A stretch of 62,241 nt of DNA, filler included, from Choristocarpus tenellus KU-1152 (taxonomy: Eukaryota; Protista; Phaeophyceae), in NCBI GenBank assembly GCA_964200185.2. It is 11 parts of 11 records of this genome, joined end to end, with 100 filler letters (N's around TTAATTAATTAA, not from the genome) between each part and the next. Parts side by side here need not be neighbours in the genome. Positions count along the whole stretch, not along the records: positions 49,508 to 52,065 come from CAXNAD020026793.1; positions 52,166 to 58,965 come from CAXNAD020007317.1; positions 59,066 to 62,241 come from CAXNAD020021764.1; 8 more parts are not named here. The stretch is one strand, 5' to 3'. The notes below the pieces were generated by a model. That model worked only from the letters and a program-made list of their open reading frames with translations. It was not told the origin of the DNA and searched no databases. The position numbers were made by a program, and so were the translations under genes. Positions 51,949 to 62,241 of this stretch are shown in pieces; the stretch's first letter is position 1, and each line of letters opens with the position of its first letter.

Positions 51949-53902
51949 GTTTTTGTGTTGTGTGACGCGTTTTAGTCCGTCGAGCTCGCAAGGTCCTTCA
52001 AGCCCCCCCCCCCTCCTGCCCCCCCCCTCCCCGTGTTTTTTTTTCCTTCGCTGTTGTTTTATTTTNNNNNNNNNNNNNNNNNNNNNNNNNNNNNNNNNNN
52101 NNNNNNNNNTTAATTAATTAANNNNNNNNNNNNNNNNNNNNNNNNNNNNNNNNNNNNNNNNNNNNATAAGAAGGTGTGAAGCCTCACACGACCCCCTTTG
52201 CTGAACGTGATTACATGGTTGAAATTGGAAGAGAGTGACCTTTGAGGGGTGTCTTCTCATCGTTTGTTTATTATTATTATTATTATTATTGTGTTTTCGC
52301 TATCTATTTCAAAGTAGCGAAAGGGAATGAATAACAAACAAATTCCATATATAATCCGGATGTACTATCTCATTAGTTACATCACATTGATTCAATTCAA
52401 CACAATAATCTCATACACACAAAATAAGGTACACTTCACTATTGTCCTATTTTGCACAAAGACCGCCTTCCAACTGCCTTGAGAAACAGCAGGACAGAAT
52501 AAGAGGGAGGTTGACAAAGGACATTACCAGGACATTGAGGTGCCACCTAGCATTCCGAGTACATTACACTAATCAGGGTAGAAACACAGGTAGCGTACTG
52601 GACTGAGTGAACAAAAAAAAATGACTTTCGACCTTCGAAAATGTGCCACGTCTGCATAGTTGATCCATCCTCCGCCATTAGACCTCTATAAAAGATTTAA
52701 AGTTACAGCATACTAAGTAAATACATACCTCCGTATGTATAGTTTCTATATTTCGTGACAAGTGGATGTGATGCCCTTCCTTTCGAGATTGTAGCCGAGC
52801 AACTGTCACCAGGGTTGGTTCCCGTATACCACCCTATAATGAAGTGTTACAAGGAGCCCTGGACATCGCTATCCCTCTCGAAATAACGCAGACAGGTGGG
52901 TGGAGGACATGTTACCGTCAAATATGATGGCTACATGTACTAAAACAGTTACACGAAATATAATCTTCTCCAGAAAACTCCCTCTTTTGTTGCACTACGA
53001 GGGGTAGGGGACATCCAATATATGTTTGAAGGGACAATGCGTTGTGGTGGATGACAATGCCTATGATACATTGCCCCCTCTTATAGGCTGGTGAATTACT
53101 AGTACATATAGTTACGAATTTTTGTATTCATTGTGCGTGCTCAAAGAGCTCGATAGACGAAATGATATTATTCCTTACACATCTGGAAAATGTCAGAGGG
53201 AATAATAATGAAATATAATCGTCAGATGGGTTAATTGCCTTAAAGAGGAAAATTTTAAAGCTGTAAAGGTCTTTTACTTTTTTGTATTTTTGTTACAATT
53301 ACTGTGTTTCAGAATACGACAAAAGTCTCATGTGTACATCTGTGGAGTTTCAATACAGATAATGGCAATTGTCCAATAAACAACAGTCTTGTCGACTCAA
53401 TAAAAAAAAGCATATCGAGTCTGGTTCATTCTTGGATAAGGGGGCTTTCCACACAATTCGACATCTTTTCTCTGGGTCAGGCACAGCAGGAAGAGGCGAT
53501 CACACCTATCGCAGCTTTGCAAGTGAGCGAACGGTGATGGAGAAGGCTTGATAGTCAGGGGAAGTTAATGCGGTGGGTTTTGAGGTGCTCTTCTACAAGC
53601 GATAGAGATAAATAATGGGGGTGTAAATAATTACGTTTTCATACAAAAAACTGTGTATTCGCATTCGGTCATCACAAAGTGGAATGAGCCAAATCATAGA
53701 CGCAGGTAGGGTTGAATTTGAAGGATCTCGAGAAAGCCCAGATAGACGCATTTTGTACTGTTGCAGGAAGGACCTTCTTTGCTTAATTGTTGTGTCGCTT
53801 TGTGCGTGGGATGAGGGAACATCAATTTTGCGTCTGTTGTGCAGATAAAACGACGAAATAGAGTTATTACAGAGGGTAAGAAATATGGCTGAGGGTACAA
53901 AA

Positions 53903-54078
53903 GACCTAAAGTATCTGGCAGGGGGGAGGGTCTACACCAAAGTTTCCATTTGGGCCAAGACCAGGAAAAGTGCACTCACATTATCCATCCGACGTATGCA
54001 CAAATCACACAAAAATCGCGACATTCAAAAATTGACCCCAAATGAACAGCTGCCACCCCCCCCCAGATACTTGGAACC
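53903..54078. mobile_element. MITE family B
   Basis: GACCTAAAGTATCTGG ... CCCCAGATACTTGGAACC; internal match to 56279-56459 and 36994-37164. Confidence 0.85.
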
Positions 54079-56278
54079 AGAGGGTCCAAAGGCCCACATA
54101 GTATCCCAGAGGGGGTGGCAGGAGTCTATTTGAGACCTTTGTGACTCTGTAGTGATTTCACGTCAACAGAGCGAATGTGTCAGATGTTTCAGTAATTTCC
54201 TTCATCTGGACGCACCTTACTCTTCCACCCCCCTGCCTGGACTAACCCAAAGAAGAATCATGTGAAAAACATTCATTGAACTGGGCTGCTTTGCAATACC
54301 CCATCAAGCCCTGAATTAACGACATGGTCCAACCCTCCCCCCCCTCTAGGATATTATGGCCAAACTTTCCCACCTCTCAACTGATCTGACTTGAATGTGC
54401 ACATTTTGATATTGATGGTCTATGAATGGGTTGACGGAACCAAGATCTGCAACAGTAGCAAACACAACATGCCATTGCCACCATATATTCAACACTCCCA
54501 GCAGTTTATTGTGATGGGATATGCAGCTTCGATATTCAATCCTGTAGGAAGATGGCGAGACTCAATGAAGGTACATCAAGGAAGGGTCATGCCTAATAAC
54601 CAACAAGATAGAATAATTGTTTGCTAGACTGAGCTATCATAAATGTATAGTTATTTTCAAATCAAGTGTACAACTGAGCACAGATTGCACGTTTAGGCAC
54701 AATAGCCACAGTTGTAATTTGATAAGTCAGTAGTCTTCAGAAGTTGTACTATAGCTCAAAACCGCCAATTATTCTCAAGTTGCAGTGACTATATTGTAAC
54801 TGTGGCAACTTGGATCTGCCCTTTGAGGGTTATCCGTGTACATACTTATTGCTCGTGCTGGTAGAGCGTGGGTAACAATGCATACACTAGTTGCTTCTCA
54901 CATGTACACCACCACTAGAAGACAATTTGAAATAGATCCTCGTGGGATAAGCAGTGTTATCGTGTTGTATCCTGTACCTCATGTGTTGCTTCTTGTCCCC
55001 TCCGAGATAGCATCTGCAAAGGGTCAGTGGGTATAACTAAAGTATTATACACCCCCAAGGCACTGTTAAGCTTTCATTGTCGAGAGTGCAAGGTTTCCTT
55101 CCCAGCAACTATTACACATGCATATATTTTCACCACCTTACACTTAGGGACTACCCTCGCCCACAATCAAGAGTCACTACGCATTGAGCACTTACTTGTC
55201 ACTATATGTCGCACTGAGGATAGAATAGATTGAACTCGAACAATGTGACTTTCTTGTTTTCCTATTTAGCACCTGACTCAAGGCGGATGCATAAGAGGAT
55301 GCCACGACAAATGCCAAGAAGACAGGTTAGACCCGAACACTGGAGGAATCCAGCCACAGCAGCAGGGTGTCGGCACACAGATTTTCCCGTAATTGTCACT
55401 CTTAGTGCTGATAGTAGAAGGGCATATATAATTTTTCTTCTTTACTTGTTTCTTGTCATTTCATTGTCGTCACAACTACTAGTAGAATACCAAGCACAGT
55501 ATATTGCACACTACAGAGAGGTGTTTATCTATTTCTTAAAATTATAGTATTTATTTTACTGTGACTTGTTAACAAAATAGGCTCCGTTATCGGTTCTTGT
55601 GTGCTCATTGTAAGTGCCCTCTTCTATCTTTCATGTACCTTCTATCCTCTATTGACATCTCAAGTATGTTTGTGCCATGTAATAGCTGCACGGAAATGAT
55701 TGCATTTACAGTATGTAATCGTTACAAGTTCCTCTTTGCAACCCCCTAACCATTTGAGCTTCTCGGTAATTCTTATATGATAATACGCACTCAGTATTTC
55801 GTCTCAGGAATTACAAGAGATAATACTTCTGCCAGTGGAGATAAAGATCACAAAAAAAGAGTGCAAGTCAAAATTTTCGTCCCTCAGGCTGACCCTCACC
55901 ACTCACTAACCCGGGGACCTTTCGCATCAAGGCATACGTGCCGTTCGGCACTTCACGCGCCCTGCCTTATGCGCCGACTATTGAACAAAATTAATCGAAA
56001 TTGTTTGACCCGATAAATATTTTAACCGTATTTTTTTCCGGTTCGCAACCCTAGAAACGATGCATACGAATTATTGGTCTGTTAGTATTAGTGAAGGGTG
56101 GTGAGTTTGAGCAGGTGCTCTTCTTCGATAACTACTCATTCACATTGGCTTTCATTCCTCAACCCACTTGATGCATGATATACATGGGGATGACCCTTGC
56201 TCCAAGAGCACGTGTTGCAAAGTAGGTGAAGCACTCGGTTCTATTATTTTGTGAGTCAGCTGTGTAAGTGCACCACTG

Positions 56279-56459
56279 TACCCAAAGTATCTGGGGGGTG
56301 GGTGGGGATCTACACCAGAGTGTCCATTTTGGACCAAAACCAGGAAAAGTGCACTTTCCTTATCCATCCAACGTAAGGAACCAAATCACCCAAAAATCGA
56401 GACATGAAAAAATTGACTCCAAATGGACAGCCGCCACCCCCTCTCAGATACTTTGAGTG
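56279..56459. mobile_element. MITE family B
   Basis: CCCAAAGTATCTGGGGGG ... CTCTCAGATACTTTGAGT. Confidence 0.85.
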
Positions 56460-56642
56460 TGCACTTCAAATTGTGTTTTGTCCGCCAAAATACTCAATAA
56501 CATTTTAGACTACTATATGAAGTCTAGGGTTTGATGAAGAAAAGTGCACACTGCTAGGTTGAGAGTGCCTCTTAGTTGTATATGTGTATGTTTGCTGCTT
56601 GGTGTGCTCTCGAAGAAGGCCTTGTGGTACCCATCATCCCAT

Positions 56643-56901
56643 GAGTGAAAGTATCTTAGAGGGTACGAATTTTGCCCTGTTTGTCCGTTTGGGGCTTGGC
56701 TTCCCACGTTTTTTTTTTATGACATTTTCCTACTCCAAAGTGTTTAGGAGCAAATAAATGTATACGTTATGAAAAGATGTGTCTGAAAAAAGGATATTGA
56801 CACTCCCTAACAAACACAATATCCAGAATTACATCAAAATCGGAACATCGGATTTTGGTCTCCAAACGGATGTGGCTCTACCCTCTAAGTTACTCTGACT
56901 C
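56643..56901. mobile_element. MITE family A
   Basis: GAGTGAAAGTATCTTAGAGGGTA ... TACCCTCTAAGTTACTCTGACTC. Confidence 0.85.
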
Positions 56902-57134
56902 CATCCACTTATGTCCTGTATTCAACCTTTGGAAGCAAACTTTGAACAAATATATGCACACATTATTGTCAGCACAAGCCAAAGCCAAGACGAAAGGAAA
57001 GTGAGTAAGAGGTATGTTTAATCCTTTCTAGGGGAGTTTGATACCTAAAATCACATTATGCACTGTTTGTTACACTTGTCCGATACTCCCCACAGGTCTT
57101 ACAACTATGTAATGTTTTCACATGTCGAGTGATG

Positions 57135-58390
57135 TTAAACCCTCTGTTTCTTATAGTTAGGGGCTGAGCTACCTCCTCCGCCAACTTGAGAGGGAGTGGG
57201 GTCAGGTTTCTCCACTGGAAGCACAGGCGGTTTTTGCTCTGCACCAAACACCTGTGGAGTCCCACAAGGATTGGTATGTCAGGTGTTGAGGAGGGATATT
57301 TCCTAAGGGAATGGAAGATTAAGGTAAAAACCACTGCGAACAATAATGCAAGTTAATTACTTAGAGCTTATCAAATCTGCACACAGTATCCATAATTGGA
57401 TATTGGACGTTCCAAAAAATAGGGACATATATATATGTACATTTTTTGACTTTGCAACAAGTTCTCCTGACCTGGTTGAGCTGCTGGGTGACTCTGATGA
57501 AGGTGGTGCGGCGGGCGAGCTCTCTGAGTTTCGTTGCACCAACATAGGTACAGGTTGAACGAATCCCCCCAAGAATGTCCTTACATCGGATGATATGGTT
57601 CCAGTGGGTGAGGTGGGAGATCACAGTTGAGGGGTTGAAGCAGTGCAGAAATAATGCCACACTTTAGAATTCAAATACTGAGGATGCCAAGTAGCTGTTG
57701 AGTTATTTTGTCTGTGCCAAGCAAATTGATCGATCCTGAACCTTGCTGAAGCCCTTCCTATTTATTGCTCCAGGTGTAATTGGTAAGCTATCAGAAGGAG
57801 TTACTCCGTCGAGGCAATACCAACACGGGAGATCATCCGTGCAGGAGCCCATTGAATTGTTGGTATATGACTGAAGCAAGCGCACAATGCATCCTGCAAG
57901 CAGTCACCTGCACTGTGGCCTTGACTGGTCCACGGTATAGAACATTTACATTCTTTCCCTCGGAAGAACGATACTCGGCCACTCCCCCTGCATGTTTCTC
58001 CATGGCTGTTGCAGAACTCATTCCGTAGAACTGCTTGTACCTGGTACCGTGTAGTCCGGTGTGGAACAACAAAGGTTTTGGGAAAATCTTCCATCTTTCT
58101 CAACTAACTAATGCAATAGGTGTGCTTTTGTTTGCAAATACTTTTGTCTCCAGGACGATCAGAGGATGTGAGACTACCAGTAAGTTGAGAGACTCGAGCA
58201 GTTCAGCTCGAGATATCAGATTCTTCCTCTCCTTTTGCAATTACACCAAAAATTAGTAGAGATTGTACTTCCCCCTTCCGCCTTCCCTGGCGTACCAAAT
58301 GTTGTTTATCTTGACCAGGTCACCTCCGCTCTCTTCATGCCCTGCAAACATCCCACCAGACATTACAAAATCTGCACCTCCTCCAAATGC
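57135..58390 (-). CDS. GMPR: GMP reductase (GuaC/GMPR, E. coli/human type), last four exons
   Basis: Exons 58390-58296 [23 protein letters not shown], 58040-57908 [29 protein letters not shown], 57579-57472 [36 protein letters not shown], 57251-57135 VFGAEQ...KKQRV*. Confidence 0.96.
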
Positions 58391-59590
58391 CTGTTGGTGG
58401 TGTAGGGGGGGAAACGAGGAAGAAGAGATGGAGAGTCAAGAGAGTCATCGTACAACCTTGAGTTGAGCCTGAGGAGCAGGGGACACACTACAGAGCAACA
58501 CCTTTTAGGCCAACCGAATAACTGATGTGTCATACTAAGTCAACAGGATGAGATTGCTGTGCAACGTTTCCTGCCTGGTCAATGTTGGAATCACTTTGCA
58601 TGCACTGTATCTTCCCCTTGAATACAGTCAAAAGCAAGAAGAGGGACTTTTGATTTTAAACATACTATAAAGAGTGTTAAAAGTAAAGTAGTTTTGAGGA
58701 GAGGATGGATGCATGTACCTTTGTGACTGCTGTAGGGAATATGGTTCTAACACAAATATATATATAAAAATAAGATGAGAAAAGATAAATTTTCTCAACA
58801 AAGAGTGTCAGGCAGGTCAAAACAAATTTCCACACCAGTCCCTCACCAATACCAATATCAGATATCACATACCCATAGTGGTCAAAGTATCTGGGGGGGG
58901 GGGTGGTTTGTGAGGGGGTGTCTGTTTTGGTCAAACAACTCTTTTTTGCTGACATTTCAAATCCGNNNNNNNNNNNNNNNNNNNNNNNNNNNNNNNNNNN
59001 NNNNNNNNNTTAATTAATTAANNNNNNNNNNNNNNNNNNNNNNNNNNNNNNNNNNNNNNNNNNNNCCCCCCCGACCCCCCTCCTATCCCCCTTTTCCTGG
59101 TCGGGGCCCCAATGGACCCCCTGGGGTTGCCCCCCCCCCCCCCCCCTAGATACTTTGAGCCCAAAGTTAGTAGCAATGATCCAATCTGAAGATGTATTCG
59201 TAGCAATAGTTCTGCGCTCCCTTACCCTTGGAAAATCTAAACTGATATCCACAGAACTGATGAGGTCTTATCTTACGCCTTGTTACTGGGATTCATACGA
59301 CGGCGTTGGCAGTGAACTGTATATCATCACGGTTATAAAATATTCAAATTTCCCACCTCCTACAGGGGGCATGCTGCCTTTGGCTTTAATGAACCATATG
59401 ACACTGAAGTCTGTCTGGATGTTAGTGGACCTGCCTAGCACTGACTCTCCTCCATGCTAATAATGAACAAACTCTGCAAGCTCATCATGTACTACAGAAT
59501 GAAGTTTGACCCGTTGTAACTTCAAGATAGAACCTCTTCTTGTTGTTTCTCTGAAACCCACTACCAGGATAACTTGTTAGGCTTGATATG

Positions 59591-59849
59591 GAGTCAAAGT
59601 ATCTTGGAGGGTAAAGCCGTGTCCGTATGGTGGCCAAAATTCAATGTTGTGATTTTGATGTAATTTTGGCTATCGTGTTTGTTAGGAAGTCTCAGTATCC
59701 TTATTCCGGACATACCTTTTCATAACGTATACATTCTACCTACTCTGAAACATTTCGGAGTAGAAAATCGCCATAAAATAAAACGTGGGAAGCCAAGCCC
59801 CAAACAGGCAAACAGGGCAAAACACGTACCCTATAGGATACTTTCACTC
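59591..59849. mobile_element. MITE family A
   Basis: GAGTCAAAGTATCTTGGAGGGTA ... TACCCTATAGGATACTTTCACTC; no clear target duplication remains. Confidence 0.85.
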
Positions 59850-61756
59850 ACTTGAACACTGAATAGGTAGCACTGGAAACGTTGAGGTGTCTGCAGGGAT
59901 CAATCTGTCTCTCTAGTGAGCTATCACAAGACACCCTCCAAAGTACACTATAATGATGATGAGGATAGGTCTACCTATGGGATACACTTCGAATGCGTGC
60001 CATTGTGAGTGTGGTAAAAAACGCAAAATCTGCTGCATGGATCATAGACTAGGAGGACACGATTGGACTTTGAGGGAGCGCATCAGATATTTTGAGCAAT
60101 CACTCTCACGAACCAAGACCCTAAATGTTTTTTTAACATATACCATATCCAGTTGTAATTTTATTTCGAAAGGACAAGAAGGCGGGTTCGTGGGTTGTGA
60201 ACTAGAAGATCGCATACTTGGTGTAGTACGAGCTGAATATGTCGTGACTTACTCTCCCACCTTCAATGCCCTTCCACAGTGCAAGGTATATATACAATCT
60301 GGTTTTCACCAAATGGGGGTTGTGTGTCGGGTAATGGAGGACTTTGAGAAAACAGTTAGTGGTGTGTAAAGTCAGTTCCAATGGCGGGAGTCGAGGTAGG
60401 GTGACAGAATGAGGATATGTACCCTAAGTACTGCACTACTTCTGCTACCTACAACGTACCCGAATAAATGCCTTGTGCTTCACATACGCATCTCCTTCTT
60501 TCCCACATCGCCACAAGCAGGACTCCCCACAAGAGCAAATGGATATGTCACTCAGAGCAAAAAGAGGTAGAGAAAAGAGGGAAGTACCATGGGTAGCGCA
60601 TCAATAACATTTTCAAATGTACGGCTTGCAACCGTGAACACAACAAGGATGTGACCTTAAAGGATTAATGTCACGTGCAAGTCTCTTTTGGGCTCGGGAT
60701 GCCAATGCGGATCAGTTGCCCCCAACACCCAAAAGATAACCTCTACATGCCCACTTACTCCAGCAGAAAACTACAACCCCTTGATTCTCAAGCTTCCTTG
60801 GATCCGTGAGCTGGACATTGATACTGCCACATTTCTACTGGTACTCCACTGGGTTTCTGATAAGAAACCTGCATGGAAAAAAATGCTTCTCCTACATTGG
60901 CATGGCCTTGTGCCGCCATTGTATCTGATCGCACAGACTTCTGCTGAGATGATGGTGGAGGGGGAGGAAGTCCCATCAAGGCCTGGAGAAAAGTGTGCCC
61001 TTCCTTCAATCTGGACTGGGCAAAGAAAAAGTCATCATCTTCGATGTTGCCCCAAAATCTATCACGCCTACTTCATTACGCGGCATTCATTGGCGGGTAC
61101 TGGTGAGTTTATGATGACGTGGGTGGGCATGCGTGACATTCACAGACGTTTGATGCTGAAGTATGGAGGGGGATGAAAGTTATGTACCTATTTATTGAAT
61201 TGGGAATTGTCAACGGGCTGAATGAGACCTGAACGTCCGAGTCAGATCCCTGAATATGTATATATCCAAAGTCGTCGTAGTATACATATATAACACTAAC
61301 CCCAACCTTAATTCCACCCCTCAGAATTAGTTAAAAATAGAACATGTATATATATATATGGAGATTTTATTATTTTTTCTGAACCAACCAGATCGCTTGG
61401 GTTCTGTTTGACTTGTAAATATATATGATAGTCGATCTTCCTGTCATTTGCCCAGAAGGGTGCTTAAGTTGATTGAAAATAATATAACAAATGTACGCAA
61501 CAACAAGATAGCGTACATAGACTCAACACACACACATACACATACACACACATACACATACACACACATGTACAACCTTGCTTACACAAGACAGATGCGT
61601 TTGTTGTATGGATGACCAGTGCTTCCTCTATGTCCACAATGTCTGAAAATATTGAATGTACCTACAACAAATAACGTAGTAGTTTTACAGGAAACAGTAG
61701 TACTGTTTGTACTATATGATAACCTCTCATTTCACAGGTTCATCCCACAAATTATA

Positions 61757-62241
61757 CTACCTCCGTACCATAAGTATGTGTTGCGTTGTCCATAACTTTC
61801 GAAGATGTCGATGAATTTCATCTCTGAAAGAAGATTTGGAATCCTTGACGAATTTCTGGTTAGGGTCAGCTCTTATTATTGTTATCATTCCCCATCCATC
61901 ACAATTTTATCAGTCACAGAAAATGCCTCCATGTCTACCATCAGCGTGTTTTCAAGCTCATCAGACAACTGCCTCTTCCTTACCCCTATGTGCTCCACAC
62001 TGAAGTCATCCCCCCCTTTGTATCTGAGTACTTGATTATACACCACAAAAAGGAGCTGCCAAGCCCTCTCAAGTATGGTTTCATCAAACTCCTCCTACTG
62101 TTTCTTAATGACATTCACCATCTCCTCGACGTACCAAACCGCACCCATCACCCGGCATTTCAAAGACCTGAAGAAGCACAGGTCCATGATATTGAGGTCG
62201 GGGGAGTTAGATAGCTGCGTCACAAGCCTAATCGACCACCC
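61757..62241 (-). mobile_element. Second DD39D-type mariner remnant (3' end)
   Basis: IRLVTQLSNSPDLNIMDLCFFRSL...ILERAWQLL...KGGDDFSVEH with an internal stop; TIR TA|CTACCTCCGTACC at 61757. Confidence 0.9.

Noticed and set aside
9636-59065. Recurring TTAATTAATTAA palindrome
   Set aside because: Always centred in 88 Ns; it is an assembly linker, not biology. ORFs containing X runs are artefacts.
60171-60286. ATG10-like exon (EYVVTYSPTFNALPQCK)
   Set aside because: It looks like a plausible exon but lacks the VPVLYF motif; identity cannot be supported.
60688-61176. 162-aa ORF
   Set aside because: No motif, non-ATG start; probably a chance ORF or decayed repeat.
37699-62241. Fanzor/TnpB nuclease associated with the mariners or MITEs
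   Set aside because: No RuvC or zinc-finger motifs (e.g. E.YTSK.C..CG, RD.NAA.NI) were seen in any frame I read.

Overview
This window is eukaryotic, intron-rich nuclear DNA and is not one continuous locus. Ten identical 100-bp artificial spacers (44 N + TTAATTAATTAA + 44 N) join 11 contigs, so adjacency across a spacer is not evidence of linkage. The source is inferred to be a photosynthetic stramenopile, most likely a brown alga or close relative: it has a signal peptide + ASGF plastid-targeting motif, a flagellar CFAP57-like gene, a Zn(II)2Cys6 domain, TTAGGG repeats and short divergent gene pairs. Spliced genes I could reconstruct by hand are a CFAP57-like WD40 protein (partial), a Zn2Cys6 transcription factor (partial), an ankyrin-RING E3 ligase, proteasome alpha-7/PSMA3 (partial) head-to-head with NTMT1, a cysteamine dioxygenase/plant cysteine oxidase head-to-head with a plastid-targeted Zn-finger/TIGR02450-like protein, a TBL/PC-esterase-like protein (partial), a PH-domain exon and GMP reductase (partial). 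Mobile DNA includes two related MITE families (4-bp target duplications shown for one), two DD39D-type mariner remnants (one with nested insertions), hAT and RTE-like LINE remnants, and a probable short LTR next to a hairpin-repeat array. I found no demonstrable new multi-gene system. The best leads are the thiol dioxygenase/plastid protein pair, the algal Zn2Cys6 and TBL-like genes, the hairpin-repeat array and the MITE families. All family calls come from motif recognition by eye, with no database searches.
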